Shown piece by piece: positions 62,928 to 64,000 of a stretch of DNA of 64,000 bases. The position numbers and the translations under genes were made by a program. Where the stretch lies: positions 128,001-192,000 of the forward strand of contig OZ252098.1 of assembly GCA_965248355.1 (NCBI GenBank), in the 5' to 3' direction. Below the pieces are notes generated by a model. That model was not told the origin of the DNA, did no database searches, and was given only the letters and a program-made list of their open reading frames with translations. This stretch comes from Candidatus Latescibacterota bacterium. Lineage in GTDB: Bacteria; Latescibacterota; UBA2968; UBA8231. The first letter of the stretch is position 1; the number at the start of each line of letters is the position of its first letter.

Positions 62928-64000
62928 CTAGGCTTCGGGCACCCCCGGCGGTCCCTGGTAGCCGATGCTCCCCCAGCCGGCCACGTCGCCGCCGTACATG
63001 CGGTACGGGTGGGGGAACAGCCGCAGGGAGCGGTCCTCCAGGGGCAGGTGGACGCGCTCGTGATCCCGGCTCGCCGACAGGGTCAGGGCCAGGGCGACCT
63101 CGAGCACGTGCAGGTAGTCCCGGCCGCTGCACGCCACCTCGCCGCCTTCCCGGGCCGCCCGCAGCAGGCGCTCGATGACCAGGGTGAAGGCGCCGGCCCG
63201 GGGACCGCCGTCCAGGAAGTCGGGGAGGACCGGCGATTCCCGGGCGCCGGTCCCCTGCAGAAGCACCGGCCGCGGCCCCCCGAGGAAGACCCGGCCCCGC
63301 TCGCCGGTGGCGGAGACGGTGCAGGCCACGGGCCGGTCCGGGACCGGCTCGGCGATCTCGCAGACGATGCCCCCCGACAGCCCCAGCCGGCCGTACGCCG
63401 GGCAGTCGACCTCGTGGTCGGCGGCCGCCTCGGGCGAGGCGTAGGGGCCCACCGGAGGCAGGGTCCAACCCTCGGCCCATTCCACCTCCATCCCCGTCAG
63501 GTGCCCCATGACGATCAGGGTGGCGCAGCCGCCGCCGGAGACCTCCGTGGGCAGGCCGGCGGGGATGGCGGCGCCGGTGAGGGCCCCGATGTGGCCCCGG
63601 CGCACCCAGTCGACGACCTCCCCCTGGTACGGCAGCTGCCAGTGACTCGTGCCGCAGCCCAGGGCCGTGCCGCGCTCGCGGCAGACGCGGATCATCTCGT
63701 CCGCCTTGGACAACTGCGCGGCGATCGGTTTCTCGATCGACACCACCCGCACCCCGGCCTCGGCGCAGGCCAGCACGGCGGGATGGGACTGGGCCACCGG
63801 CAGGATGGCCGACACCACGTCCGGCACCTCGCGGCGCAGGAGTTCCTCCACGTCGTCGAAGGTGGCGGGCACACCGTAGCGCTCGGCGAAGGCCTGGCGG
63901 CGGCCTCTGGCGCGGTCGACGAGGGCGATCACCTCGCAGTCGGGGTGGTCGGCGTAGGCGCGCAGGTAGAAGCGCCCCCAGGTGCCGGCGCCGCCCACGA
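62928..64000 (-). CDS. Gfo/Idh/MocA family oxidoreductase, 5' end outside window
   Basis: VGGAGTWG Rossmann motif, DVEELL...PDVV, H...LA.AEAG...IEKP, G.IG. Confidence 0.88.
   Translation of the reverse strand, partial: VGGAGTWGRFYLRAYADHPDCEVIALVDRARGRRQAFAERYGVPATFDDVEELLRREVPDVVSAILPVAQSHPAVLACAEAGVRVVSIEKPIAAQLSKADEMIRVCRERGTALGCGTSHWQLPYQGEVVDWVRRGHIGALTGAAIPAGLPTEVSGGGCATLIVMGHLTGMEVEWAEGWTLPPVGPYASPEAAADHEVDCPAYGRLGLSGGIVCEIAEPVPDRPVACTVSATGERGRVFLGGPRPVLLQGTGARESPVLPDFLDGGPRAGAFTLVIERLLRAAREGGEVACSGRDYLHVLEVALALTLSASRDHERVHLPLEDRSLRLFPHPYRMYGGDVAGWGSIGYQGPPGVPEA

Overview
High-GC bacterial window (roughly high-60s % GC by eye) from a diderm organism. The gene repertoire suggests a Latescibacterota/FCB-PVC-like lineage, which is inference only. 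From left to right it holds: (1) housekeeping singles (partial FAA-hydrolase, hexapeptide acetyltransferase, queC, DUF502, Zn peptidase); (2) a 4.4-19.5 kb glycan-utilisation-like block with three DUF4838-type secreted proteins, an FG-GAP/GH123-like protein, a TIM-barrel GH-like protein and a DUF6785/6784-like membrane protein; (3) a mostly co-oriented cell-envelope locus at 19.5-58.8 kb; and (4) a decayed mscS/CBS/mgtE operon around an intact polytopic membrane gene, then a partial Gfo/Idh/MocA gene. The envelope locus encodes two FlgD-Ig/T9SS-CTD-like secreted proteins and four paralogous ~900-aa exported proteins with Ca-binding-like Asp/Asn repeats and beta-strand-rich C-termini. It also encodes a 1083-aa TPR protein, a DUF4159 protein with a TonB-type SxxxH anchor, a lipoprotein with an AgmX/PglI (TonB-C-like) tail, an FGE-domain lipoprotein, a sugar ABC module, ExbB-ExbD-ExbD and TamB-TamA-YihY. 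This locus is the best candidate for an undescribed system: a putative PMF/ExbBD-energised export or surface-display apparatus. Two of its barrel-like genes form a ~2.7-kb near-identical inverted duplication that differs mainly in a few hypervariable patches, and one ExbD lacks the canonical proton-accepting Asp. No rRNA, tRNA, CRISPR array or intact mobile element was recognised. All family assignments come from motif recognition by eye, not database searches.
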